Positions 38,526 to 46,309 of a DNA stretch of 56,297 nucleotides are shown here, in pieces. The stretch's first letter is position 1; every line of letters starts with the position of its first letter. The translations under genes and the position numbers were made by a program. Location of the stretch: positions 1 to 56,297 of the forward strand of contig JAUYKS010000010.1 of assembly GCA_030699935.1 (NCBI GenBank), written 5' to 3'. A model generated the notes under the pieces. The model made no database searches, was not told the DNA's origin, and saw only the letters and a program-made list of their open reading frames with translations. Origin of the DNA: a bacterium. GTDB lineage: Bacteria; Patescibacteriota; SICC01.

Positions 38526-40101
38526 CGAGCGCCACCCGGTCGTGATGCTGATCCTGGACGGTTGGGGAATCTCCCCGATCAGCGAAGGCAACGCCATCGC
38601 CAGTGCCCAGACGCCGAACATCCATCGTCTGTTGCAGGAACATCCATCGATGGCGCTCCAGGCGGCAGGAACCGCGGTCGGCCTGCCGTGGGGAGAGGCC
38701 GGGAATTCCGAAGTCGGGCACCTCAACCTCGGAGCGGGCCGGATCGTCTTCCAAGAAGCTCCTGCCATCGCCACGGCGCTGGCCACCGGATCGTTCTTCC
38801 AAAACCAAGTGTTCATCGACGCGGTGAAGCACGTCAAGGAGCACCAATCGGCCCTGCACTTCATCGGCGTACTCAGTCCGGAGGAGGGGAGCCAGGGCTT
38901 GGAGCACGTGAAGGCGCTGCTGGAGCTGGCCAAGCAACAGGACTTCAGTGACATCTACCTCCACCTGCTGCTCGACAAGGAAGGACAGGTCGAGGACAGC
39001 ATGGGCAAGTACCTCAAGGAGCTCCAGGGGATCATCAGCCAGGTCGGCATCGGGACGGTGGCGACCATCTCCGGCGAATATTACGCGATGGATCGCGAGA
39101 AGCGTTGGGAGCATACGGCCCGGGCGTACAGCCTGATGGTCGACGGGAAAGGTTCCCAGGCCTCGTCGCTCGACGACGTCCTGGAGAAAGCCAGGCTCAA
39201 GGACATACCGACGGAATATGTCGAACCGACCCGGATCGACACCCCGCGGGCGATTTCCGACAACGACTCGATCATCTTCTTCAACTACCGTCCGGAACGG
39301 AGCCGGCAGTTGGCGAAGGCGTTCGTGGCGCCGTACTTCGGCCAGTTCGAACACGGCCAACCGCTAAAGAACCTCTACCTGGTCACGATGAGCAGTTTCT
39401 CGGACGACATGAGCGTGAAGGCCGCCTTCGCCGCCGAAAAGATCAAGGACACGCTGTCGGAAGCCGTCGCCAAGGCCGGACTCAAGCAATACCATGTCGC
39501 CGAGACCGAGAAGTTCGCTCACGTCACCACTTTCCTGAACGGCGGTCACGACCAGCCGTTCGAGGGAGAGACCGACGAGAAGGTTCCCTCGCCGGAGGTG
39601 CGCGGGTACGACGAGCGCCCCGAGATGGCAGCGGTCGACGTTTCCGAAAAACTGCTGGCGGCCATCCAAAGCGGGGACTATGGCTTGTGCGTCGCGAACT
39701 TCGCCAACATGGATATGGTCGGACATGCCGGCAACTTCGAGTCGGCGATTCGCGCTGCCGAAGCGGTCGACAAGGAAGTCGGCCGGATCGCGGAGGCCTG
39801 CCAGCAGGCCGGATGTCATTTGGTGATTACCGCCGACCACGGCAACGCCGAGCAGATGACCAGCGTCCGGACCGGCATCAGCAACGTCGACCATTCCAAC
39901 AATCCGGTACCGTTCGTGTTGGTCAGCCCGGACGGACTGGCCTTGTCCGGCCAGGACCGGTCGGTGATGGACGGCAGCCTGCCGTCCGGCATGCTGGCCG
40001 ACGTCGCCCCGACGGTCCTCGATCTGCTGAATATCCCGAAGCCCGAAGCGATGACCGGATATAGCCTGATCGAACGACCGGAGGGACAGTTCTTTGCCTA
40101 A
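38518..40101 (+). CDS. iPGM-family protein, divergent paralog (transferase-domain substrate residues altered)
   Basis: Retains LDGWG, GNSEVGH, NFANMDMVGH, TADHGNAE and DHS. Has LSPEEGSQGLEH in place of GGVHSH, LLDKEGQ in place of DGRD, and SGEYY in place of SGRYY. Confidence 0.8.
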   Translation: MADERHPVVMLILDGWGISPISEGNAIASAQTPNIHRLLQEHPSMALQAAGTAVGLPWGEAGNSEVGHLNLGAGRIVFQEAPAIATALATGSFFQNQVFIDAVKHVKEHQSALHFIGVLSPEEGSQGLEHVKALLELAKQQDFSDIYLHLLLDKEGQVEDSMGKYLKELQGIISQVGIGTVATISGEYYAMDREKRWEHTARAYSLMVDGKGSQASSLDDVLEKARLKDIPTEYVEPTRIDTPRAISDNDSIIFFNYRPERSRQLAKAFVAPYFGQFEHGQPLKNLYLVTMSSFSDDMSVKAAFAAEKIKDTLSEAVAKAGLKQYHVAETEKFAHVTTFLNGGHDQPFEGETDEKVPSPEVRGYDERPEMAAVDVSEKLLAAIQSGDYGLCVANFANMDMVGHAGNFESAIRAAEAVDKEVGRIAEACQQAGCHLVITADHGNAEQMTSVRTGISNVDHSNNPVPFVLVSPDGLALSGQDRSVMDGSLPSGMLADVAPTVLDLLNIPKPEAMTGYSLIERPEGQFFA

Positions 40102-41719
40102 GGACACCAAGGCCAAGACGAGTGGAGCGGTAAGCGCGGAGTCTAAGACCCGCCGCCGGGTCGTGCTGGTCGTGCTGGACGGTTGGGGGTATTCGACCGT
40201 ATTCGACGGTAACGCGATCGCCCAGGCCGACACCACCAACTTCAGCCGGCTTTGGAAAGACAATCCGCACGCGCTTCTGCAGGCGTCCGGCGAAGCGGTC
40301 GGTTTGCCTTGGGGCGAGATGGGGAACTCGGAGGTCGGACATTTGAACATTGGCGCCGGACGGGTGGTGCCCCAGCACCTGCCGCGCATCTCGGCGATGA
40401 TCAGCGACGGATCTTTCTTTGACAACGAGGCGCTGCTGGCGGCCTGCCAGCACGTCAACGAAACCGGAGGAACGCTCCATCTGGCCGGCCTGGTATCGAC
40501 CGGCGGCGTGCACGCGCATTTGCGCCATCTGATCGCCCTGCTCGACCTGGCGCGACGCCGGGACGTGAAGGACGTGGCGATCCACCTGTTCACCGACGGT
40601 CGGGACACTGCCCCCACGTCCGCCCGGGGATTCATCAAGAAACTGGAAAACGAGATGAAGAGCAAAGGGATCGGACGGATCGCGACCGTGTCCGGCCGGT
40701 ATTACGCCATGGACCGCGACAACCGGTGGGACCGGACCCGGAAGGCGTTCGAGGCGATCGCCCTCGCCAAGGGCGCGACGGCGCCCGACGCGGCGGCCAT
40801 CATCGACCGGTCCTACGAAAAAGGCGAGACGGACGAATTCATCGAACCGACCGTCATCACGCCCGGTACCATCAAGCCCCGGCCGATCGAGGACCGCGAT
40901 TCCGTCATCTTCTTCAACTATCGTCCGGACCGCGTCCGCCAGTTGGCGGAAGCGATGGCCCATGCGCAGTTCGATCGGTTCGACCGGGACGGATTCAGCG
41001 GCCCGGGATACGTGGTCACCTTCACCGAATACGAACCGAACTTGCCCGTCCACGTCGCCTTCCACACCAAGGAGATCAAGGACTCGCTGGCGAAGGTCCT
41101 GTCGGACGCCGGCGTCCGACAATGCCATATCGCGGAGACGGAGAAGTATCCGCACGCCACGTTCTTCTTGAACGGCGGCCACGAAGAGCCGTACCCGCTT
41201 GAGGAGCGGTTCCTGATTCCCTCGCCGCAAGTGGCGACCTACGACCAGCAGCCGGACATGGGCGCGAAAGAGATCGCCGACGGGCTGCTGAAAAAGATCG
41301 AGGACCCGGACTACGGCTTCATCATGGTGAACTTCGCGAACGCGGACATGGTGGGGCACACCGGTGATGTCGAGGCGACCGTCCGGGCGGTCAGTACGGT
41401 TGATCGCGAGCTCGGGAGGATCAAACAGGCCTGTGCGGATGCCGGTTGTTTCCTGATCGTGACCGCCGATCACGGCAATGCCGAGCAGATGGTGAATTTC
41501 ACGAGCGGCGAAGCGGACAAGGAGCACACCACGAACCCCGTCCCGTTCATCCTGTACATACCCGAAGCGGAACAGGACTCGGTCACGATCGGCCCGGACC
41601 GGCTCTCGTTCGACCAGGCATCCCGGCCGACCGGCCTGCTTGGTGACGTGGCGCCGACCATCCTGAAACTGATGGGTATCCCGGCGCCGTCGGGCATGGA
41701 CGGTTACGGACTGCTCTAG
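40094..41719 (+). CDS. gpmI: 2,3-bisphosphoglycerate-independent phosphoglycerate mutase
   Basis: All canonical motifs are present: LDGWG, GNSEVGH, STGGVHAH, FTDGRDT, SGRYYAMDRDNRW, AETEKYPH, NFANADMVGH, TADHGNAE. TTG start is tentative. Confidence 0.9.
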   Translation: MPKDTKAKTSGAVSAESKTRRRVVLVVLDGWGYSTVFDGNAIAQADTTNFSRLWKDNPHALLQASGEAVGLPWGEMGNSEVGHLNIGAGRVVPQHLPRISAMISDGSFFDNEALLAACQHVNETGGTLHLAGLVSTGGVHAHLRHLIALLDLARRRDVKDVAIHLFTDGRDTAPTSARGFIKKLENEMKSKGIGRIATVSGRYYAMDRDNRWDRTRKAFEAIALAKGATAPDAAAIIDRSYEKGETDEFIEPTVITPGTIKPRPIEDRDSVIFFNYRPDRVRQLAEAMAHAQFDRFDRDGFSGPGYVVTFTEYEPNLPVHVAFHTKEIKDSLAKVLSDAGVRQCHIAETEKYPHATFFLNGGHEEPYPLEERFLIPSPQVATYDQQPDMGAKEIADGLLKKIEDPDYGFIMVNFANADMVGHTGDVEATVRAVSTVDRELGRIKQACADAGCFLIVTADHGNAEQMVNFTSGEADKEHTTNPVPFILYIPEAEQDSVTIGPDRLSFDQASRPTGLLGDVAPTILKLMGIPAPSGMDGYGLL

Positions 41720-41738
41720 GCCCCGCTAAGCTGGAACC

Positions 41739-43085
41739 ATGGCGAAACCGACCATCGAGCTTCCCGCCGGCGTCCGCCGGATCATCGCCGACCTCGCCGG
41801 GGCCGGTTTCGAAGCGTACGCGGTCGGCGGCGGAGTCCGCGACCGGTTGCTCGGCCGAGAGCCGAAGGACTGGGACGTGGCCACTCCCGCCACGCCGGAG
41901 CAGATCCAGAAGGTCTTCCCGAAGGCGGTCTATGCCAACCGGTTCGGGACCGTCGGGGTGAAGGTCGGTCCGGAACTCTACGAGGTGACGACGTACCGCG
42001 CCGAGACGGAGTACCGCGATGCCCGCCATCCCGAGAAGGTCACCTTCGTGAAGAAGTTGGAGGACGATCTGGCTCGGCGGGACTTCACGGTCAACGCGAT
42101 GGCGACGGACGGCATCAAGCTGGTCGACCCGTTCGGCGGCCAGTCCGACCTCAAGGCCAAGCGGATCCGCGCCGTCGGTAATCCGTACGAACGGTTCCGG
42201 GAGGACGCGCTGCGCCTGATCCGGGCCGTGCGGTTCGCGGTCGAACTCGGCTTCGTGATCGAAGCGGAGACCCTGGCCGCCGTCACCAAGCATGCCGCTC
42301 GGCTCAAGCTGATCTCGGCCGAGCGCGTCCGCGACGAATTCATGCGTATCCTCGGCTCCCCCCGGAAAGGGTCGCCGGGCGAGGGCGTCCGGATCCTGAT
42401 CCAGACCGGCCTGCTGGAGCAATTCCTGCCGGAGCTGCTGGAAGGCAGGGACTTCGCGCAGGCCAAGCACCACGTCCACTCGGTGCTGGAGCACAGCGTC
42501 CGGTCGCTCGACCACGTTCCTTCGGACGACCCGCTGATCCGGCTCGCCGCCCTGTTGCACGACGTCGGCAAGCCGCGCTCGGCGCGCGGCGAAGGCGAGG
42601 CCCGCACTTTCCACGGTCACGAGGTGATCGGCGCCAAGATGACCAAGGAGATCATGCGGCGGCTCCGCTTCTCGAACGACGACGTGAAACGGGTGGTCAA
42701 CCTGGTGCGCCACCACATGTTCCTCTTCCAGTTCGAGTCCACCGACAAGGCGATCCGGCGGATCGTGCGGCGGGTCGGCCCGGAGAATATCGACGACCTG
42801 ATCGCGCTGCGGGTGGGGGACCGGCTCGGCTCCGGCACCAAGGTCGGCCTGACCAAGAAGCTCCAACAGTTCAAGGAGCGTTCGCTCGAGGTCCAGAAAG
42901 AGCCGATCTCGACCCGGATGCTGGCGGTCAACGGCAACGACCTGATGCACGAGCTCAAACTGAAACCCGGCCCGGGGATCGGGCGCATCCAGGACGCCTT
43001 GCTGGAGGAAGTGCTCGACGATCCGAAGCGCAACACCAAGGAATACCTGCTGGAGCGGGCCGCCGCGCTGCATCGGGGAACCTGA
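41739..43085 (+). CDS. cca: CCA-adding tRNA nucleotidyltransferase with HD domain
   Basis: AVGGGVRD, RDFTVNA and LLHDVGKP (HD) motifs. Confidence 0.88.
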   Translation: MAKPTIELPAGVRRIIADLAGAGFEAYAVGGGVRDRLLGREPKDWDVATPATPEQIQKVFPKAVYANRFGTVGVKVGPELYEVTTYRAETEYRDARHPEKVTFVKKLEDDLARRDFTVNAMATDGIKLVDPFGGQSDLKAKRIRAVGNPYERFREDALRLIRAVRFAVELGFVIEAETLAAVTKHAARLKLISAERVRDEFMRILGSPRKGSPGEGVRILIQTGLLEQFLPELLEGRDFAQAKHHVHSVLEHSVRSLDHVPSDDPLIRLAALLHDVGKPRSARGEGEARTFHGHEVIGAKMTKEIMRRLRFSNDDVKRVVNLVRHHMFLFQFESTDKAIRRIVRRVGPENIDDLIALRVGDRLGSGTKVGLTKKLQQFKERSLEVQKEPISTRMLAVNGNDLMHELKLKPGPGIGRIQDALLEEVLDDPKRNTKEYLLERAAALHRGT

Positions 43086-43150
43086 ACGCTCAACCCGGCT
43101 GGACGCTCGACTACCGGAGCGGCTCTCGGTAAAGTGGAACGGTACCCGCT

Positions 43151-43363
43151 ATGGCCAAGGTCAAAGAAACCACAACCCGGCGCAAGGACTCCGACGAGGA
43201 GTACTTCAAGCGGCACGACGACCCGTATGTCCTGCCGCCGGAGCTGAACATGACGATCCGGGACGGTTTCCGGTTCGGCATCGGGTTCGTCCTGGCGATG
43301 CTGGTCTTCTGGTCGATCGCCATGGTCGGTGCGATCATCACGTTCAGTTTCGGGCTGGTGTGA
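43151..43363 (+). CDS. small membrane protein, first gene of the trx operon
   Basis: 70 aa with a C-terminal TM pair, G+C-rich third positions, and a GTGA overlap with the trxA region. Confidence 0.55.
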   Translation: MAKVKETTTRRKDSDEEYFKRHDDPYVLPPELNMTIRDGFRFGIGFVLAMLVFWSIAMVGAIITFSFGLV

Positions 43364-43365
43364 CG

Positions 43366-43683
43366 ATGGCGAAGTCAGTCACCGTATCGACGTTCGAAGC
43401 CGAGGTCCTGAACGCCAAGACCCCCGTGCTGGTGGATTTTTGGGCGGTCTGGTGCGGGCCGTGCAAGGCCCAGGAACCGATCATTGCGGAACTCGAGAAG
43501 TCCCTCGCCGGCAAGCTGAAGGTCGTGAAGGTCAACGTCGACGAAGAGCCCGACCTGTCGCAACGGTTCACGGTGATGAGCATCCCGACCCTGTTGCTGT
43601 TCAAAGACGGCGATCCGGTCGAGACGGTGATCGGCGTGCTGCCGAAGTCGGAACTCGAAACCAAGATCAAGCCGCATCTCTAA
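43366..43683 (+). CDS. trxA: thioredoxin
   Basis: FWAVWCGPCK active site. Alternative GTG start at 43360. Confidence 0.93.
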   Translation: MAKSVTVSTFEAEVLNAKTPVLVDFWAVWCGPCKAQEPIIAELEKSLAGKLKVVKVNVDEEPDLSQRFTVMSIPTLLLFKDGDPVETVIGVLPKSELETKIKPHL

Positions 43684-43703
43684 GCCCGGTACAATACATA
43701 CAT

Positions 43704-44720
43704 ATGGCCGACGCGAAGAAAAAGGAATCAAAGTACGACCTGGCGATCATCGGCGCCGGGCCGGCCGGCCTGGCGGCGTCGGTCTACGCTTCCCGCTACA
43801 AGCTTTCCAACGCAGTGATCGGTCCGGAGCTCGGCGGGTACGTCTCGACCACCCACCTGGTCGAAGATTATCTCGGATTCGAGACGATCACCGGTATGGA
43901 CCTGGCGGAAAAATTCAGCGAGCACGCCAAGAAGTTCGGTGCCGAGCTGATCCAGGAGCAAGTGTCCGCCGCCGAGCGCCAAGCGAACGGTCGGGGCGAT
44001 TGGGTACTGACGACCTGGACGGACCGGAAGATACGGGCCCGGGCAGTGCTGCTGGCGACCGGCACCAAGCACAACAAGATCGGCGTGCCCGGCGAGGACA
44101 AGTTCGAGGGACGCGGCGTCAGCTACTGCGTGACCTGCGACGCGGCGTTCTTCAAGGAGAAGCCGGTGGTAATCGTCGGGGGCGGCGATTCGGCGCTCAA
44201 GGGCGCGCTGCACCTGACCGAGTTCGCGAGCCATCTATACGTGGTGCATCGCCGTAAGGACTTCCGCGCCGAGCCGACCTGGGTGGACCGGGTCAAGGCG
44301 AAGCAGAACGTGACGTTCATACTGGAGAACGAAGTCACCGAAGTGCTGGGCGACGGCAAGGTCGACGGCGTGAAGCTGAAGCAGCCTTTCAAGGGCAAGG
44401 ATTCACTCAACGTCGACGGCGTCTTCATCGAGATCGGCTCGACGCCGGACCCGACGCTGGCGAACGCCTTCAAGGCCAACATCGACGACGGTAACTTCGT
44501 CCTGGTGAACGACTGCCAGCGCACCAGTGCGGAACGGGTCTGGGCGGCCGGCGACAATACCACCAACTCGGCGATGTTCCGGCAGATCGGTACCGCCTCG
44601 GCGGAGGGATCGGTCGCGGCCGGAGACATCTACGAGCATCTCAACGATCCGAAAGCCAAGTGGGCTGACAAGGGCGCGGTCAGCGAGTCGACGCCGGTAC
44701 AGACGGTCGTTACTGATTGA
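43704..44720 (+). CDS. trxB: thioredoxin-disulfide reductase (NADPH-dependent, canonical)
   Basis: IIGAGPAG, CVTCD, VGGGDSA and HRRKDFRA motifs. ATG lies 8 nt after TACAAT. The 5' ORF extension overlaps trxA and is rejected. Confidence 0.92.
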   Translation: MADAKKKESKYDLAIIGAGPAGLAASVYASRYKLSNAVIGPELGGYVSTTHLVEDYLGFETITGMDLAEKFSEHAKKFGAELIQEQVSAAERQANGRGDWVLTTWTDRKIRARAVLLATGTKHNKIGVPGEDKFEGRGVSYCVTCDAAFFKEKPVVIVGGGDSALKGALHLTEFASHLYVVHRRKDFRAEPTWVDRVKAKQNVTFILENEVTEVLGDGKVDGVKLKQPFKGKDSLNVDGVFIEIGSTPDPTLANAFKANIDDGNFVLVNDCQRTSAERVWAAGDNTTNSAMFRQIGTASAEGSVAAGDIYEHLNDPKAKWADKGAVSESTPVQTVVTD

Positions 44721-44731
44721 CCATTAATTTG

Positions 44732-44804
<73 letters not shown>

Positions 44805-44844
44805 AGGAACGAGAGAAATGGCAGGGCATATAAAAGTATAACGG

Positions 44845-44900
44845 AGAAAAAAGTTTGACCCGGACAGGTTGCGAAAAGGTGGCAACAAGTCCGGGTCAAA
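44845..44900 (-). terminator. intrinsic terminator (minus strand)
   Basis: 12-bp stem 44854-44865/44889-44900 with an inner GUUGC/GCAAC stem. It is followed on the minus strand by C-UUUUUU (44847-44852). Confidence 0.7.
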
Positions 44901-45259
44901 AGAAGTTTTGCTCCGCCGCGATCGTTCTACAGGAGGAGAGCCTCGTGAGAGGCGCCTGAGCGAGGTACGGCCGCGGCGGAACGTCTTGCCCCCCATCTCA
45001 CGATGGGCAATGCAAGTTAATGAAGTTTCGTGGATCCGGCTATAGGACGGTTCTGAGGACAATAGTCGACAGAGGTGCTCCGTTTGCGGCAGGAGCAGTC
45101 CTAAGGTCGTCCAGACGAATCCACGCTGCTCATCCCCACTACGCCGCCAATACATGGCGTAGCCGGACTCGGAAAGATGCGGGAGATTCCATTTCCGAGG
45201 TCGGGAATAGGAGAGAACAAGTTTTTTAAGGTTTCGGCAAATCGCCTGTATTCAGTTAA
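44845..45259 (-). ncRNA. candidate structured non-coding RNA of unassigned family
   Basis: ORF-free, lower-G+C stretch with at least 6 stems, including a GUGA tetraloop hairpin when read on the minus strand. A terminator sits at the 3' end. A possible -10 TAAGAT (minus, 45266-45271) makes the 5' end uncertain. Confidence 0.4.
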
Positions 45260-45299
45260 GCCCTCATCTTAATCCGGCACAAGCTGGTAAGCTGGATGC

Positions 45300-45803
45300 A
45301 TGGCTAAAGCGAACATTCTCTACGCTCATCTCGCCGACCAGGCGTTCCCGTCCGAAGGCGGCAAGCTCAACCTGATCGGCATGTTCGGCGGCGTGAACGC
45401 GCCGGGCCGGATCGGCCTGGCCCAGTTCCCAGCGGTATACCCGCGGCTGGCGTTGGCGGTGGGGCTGGCGACCACCAAGGACAAGTTGCCGGTGACCGTC
45501 ACCTTCCGGACCGAGGACGGCAAGGACATCGTCCAGCCGTTTTCCGGCACGTTCGAGATCCAGCGCCAAGGGGAAGGTCGCAACGGCGCGGGTGCCAAGA
45601 AGGAAGCGGCCAACCTGAGCTTCAACCTGAACTTCGACACGATCCGGATCGAAAAGCCCGGCAAGCTCTACCTCACCATCGAGTCCGACAAGGACGAACT
45701 GGCCGAGATCGAACTCGAGGCGGTCCAAGCCCAGCCGCAAGGGCAACAGCCCCCGCAACCTCCGGCGCCGCCTCAACCGCCCGCCCCGCCGCAGAAATCG
45801 TGA
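45300..45803 (+). CDS. hypothetical protein (possibly DUF6941-like) with Pro/Gln-rich tail
   Basis: ILYAHLADQA...GGKLNLIGMFGG...FPAVYPRLALAV resembles a widespread uncharacterised family as I recall it (recalled from memory, not searched). C-terminal QPQGQQPPQPPAPPQPPAPPQ. ATG lies 6 nt after TAAGCT. Confidence 0.55.
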   Translation: MAKANILYAHLADQAFPSEGGKLNLIGMFGGVNAPGRIGLAQFPAVYPRLALAVGLATTKDKLPVTVTFRTEDGKDIVQPFSGTFEIQRQGEGRNGAGAKKEAANLSFNLNFDTIRIEKPGKLYLTIESDKDELAEIELEAVQAQPQGQQPPQPPAPPQPPAPPQKS

Positions 45804-46309
45804 GCGATCCGATGAGCGATTCCGACTCCCAAAAACTCCACGAAGTAGCGATCACTGCGATCATCCGCGATCGGGATGGCAAGTACCTGATCGTCCGGCG
45901 CGATGCCGCCAAGAAGCGGTTCCCGAAGATGTGGACGGTGCCGGGCGGGCGGCTGGAGACGAAGGACTACACGGCGCTCAATAAGGACACCAAGGACTAT
46001 TGGTACAACGTGCTGGAGCGGGCGTTGGCGCGCGAAATCGACGAGGAAGTCGGATTCAAGGTCGTCCATGTCGAATACCTCACCAGTCTGGCGACGGTCC
46101 ACGCGGACGGCGCGCCGTCGCTGGTGATCTCCTGCGTCGCCGACTACGAGAGCGGGGATGTCCGGCTGCAGGAGGGCGAGACCGACGACTTCGCCTGGGT
46201 CAGCTCGGAAGAAGCCAAAGGCTACGATCTGATCGACGGCATCATGGACGAGCTCGTGATGGCCGACAAGCACTTCGCCGGCACCAAGGCGGAGTGGGCG
46301 CGGAGCTAG
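45800..46309 (+). CDS. Nudix hydrolase
   Basis: Nudix box GGRLE...ERALAREIDEEVGF. GTG 45800 overlaps the upstream stop (GTGA). Alternative ATG at 45812. Confidence 0.8.
   Translation: MSDPMSDSDSQKLHEVAITAIIRDRDGKYLIVRRDAAKKRFPKMWTVPGGRLETKDYTALNKDTKDYWYNVLERALAREIDEEVGFKVVHVEYLTSLATVHADGAPSLVISCVADYESGDVRLQEGETDDFAWVSSEEAKGYDLIDGIMDELVMADKHFAGTKAEWARS

Noticed and set aside
45028-45135. Hammerhead-like core: GAUGAG ... stem CGUGGAU/AUCCACG ... GAAAC on the minus strand.
   Set aside because: The invariant C3-U4 of CUGAUGA is GG here, and five unpaired nucleotides separate GAUGA from the stem. It does not satisfy the core.
45100-45137. The minus-strand sequence GGGGAUGAGCAGCGUGGAUUCGUCUGG (5' G at 45137) resembles the 5' end of tmRNA (GGGGxUGA...GGAUUCGAC).
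   Set aside because: No T-arm (GGUUCRAxUCC) or complementary acceptor 3' strand (CAUCUCC-ACCA) occurs anywhere downstream or upstream. No tag reading frame ends in the usual Ala-Ala. A complete tRNA-Ala lies separately downstream. The match is probably coincidental, but only cmscan can settle it.
45030-45200. RNase P RNA. Minus-strand GAGUCCGGCU (45157-45166) resembles the P4 5' strand (AAGUCCGGGC), and CAGAACC...AGCCGGAU resembles ACAGAACCCGGCUUA. A P3-like hairpin lies just upstream.
   Set aside because: The two P4-like strands enclose only about 115 nt, too few for a specificity domain. The universally conserved GGAAAG of J3/4 and the GGUAAGGGUGAAA / AGCAAGGCC type elements are absent. 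A plus-strand reading (AAGUCCGGGUC at 44887) is simply the terminator hairpin arm.
45020-45229. 69-aa plus-strand ORF inside the ncRNA candidate region.
   Set aside because: It has no promoter or start context, a basic low-complexity translation, and spans several strong RNA stems. The coding hypothesis is weaker than the RNA one.
45715-45800. Repetitive DNA (CCGCCTCAACCGCCCGCCCCGCCGCAG and similar). Also the repeated AAGCCCGAAGC units at 56160-56230 and GC-rich repeats in smc.
   Set aside because: They lie in frame within CDS and encode PQ-rich or KPEA-rich low-complexity tails. There is no spacer/repeat periodicity, so this is not a CRISPR array or a mobile-element terminal repeat.
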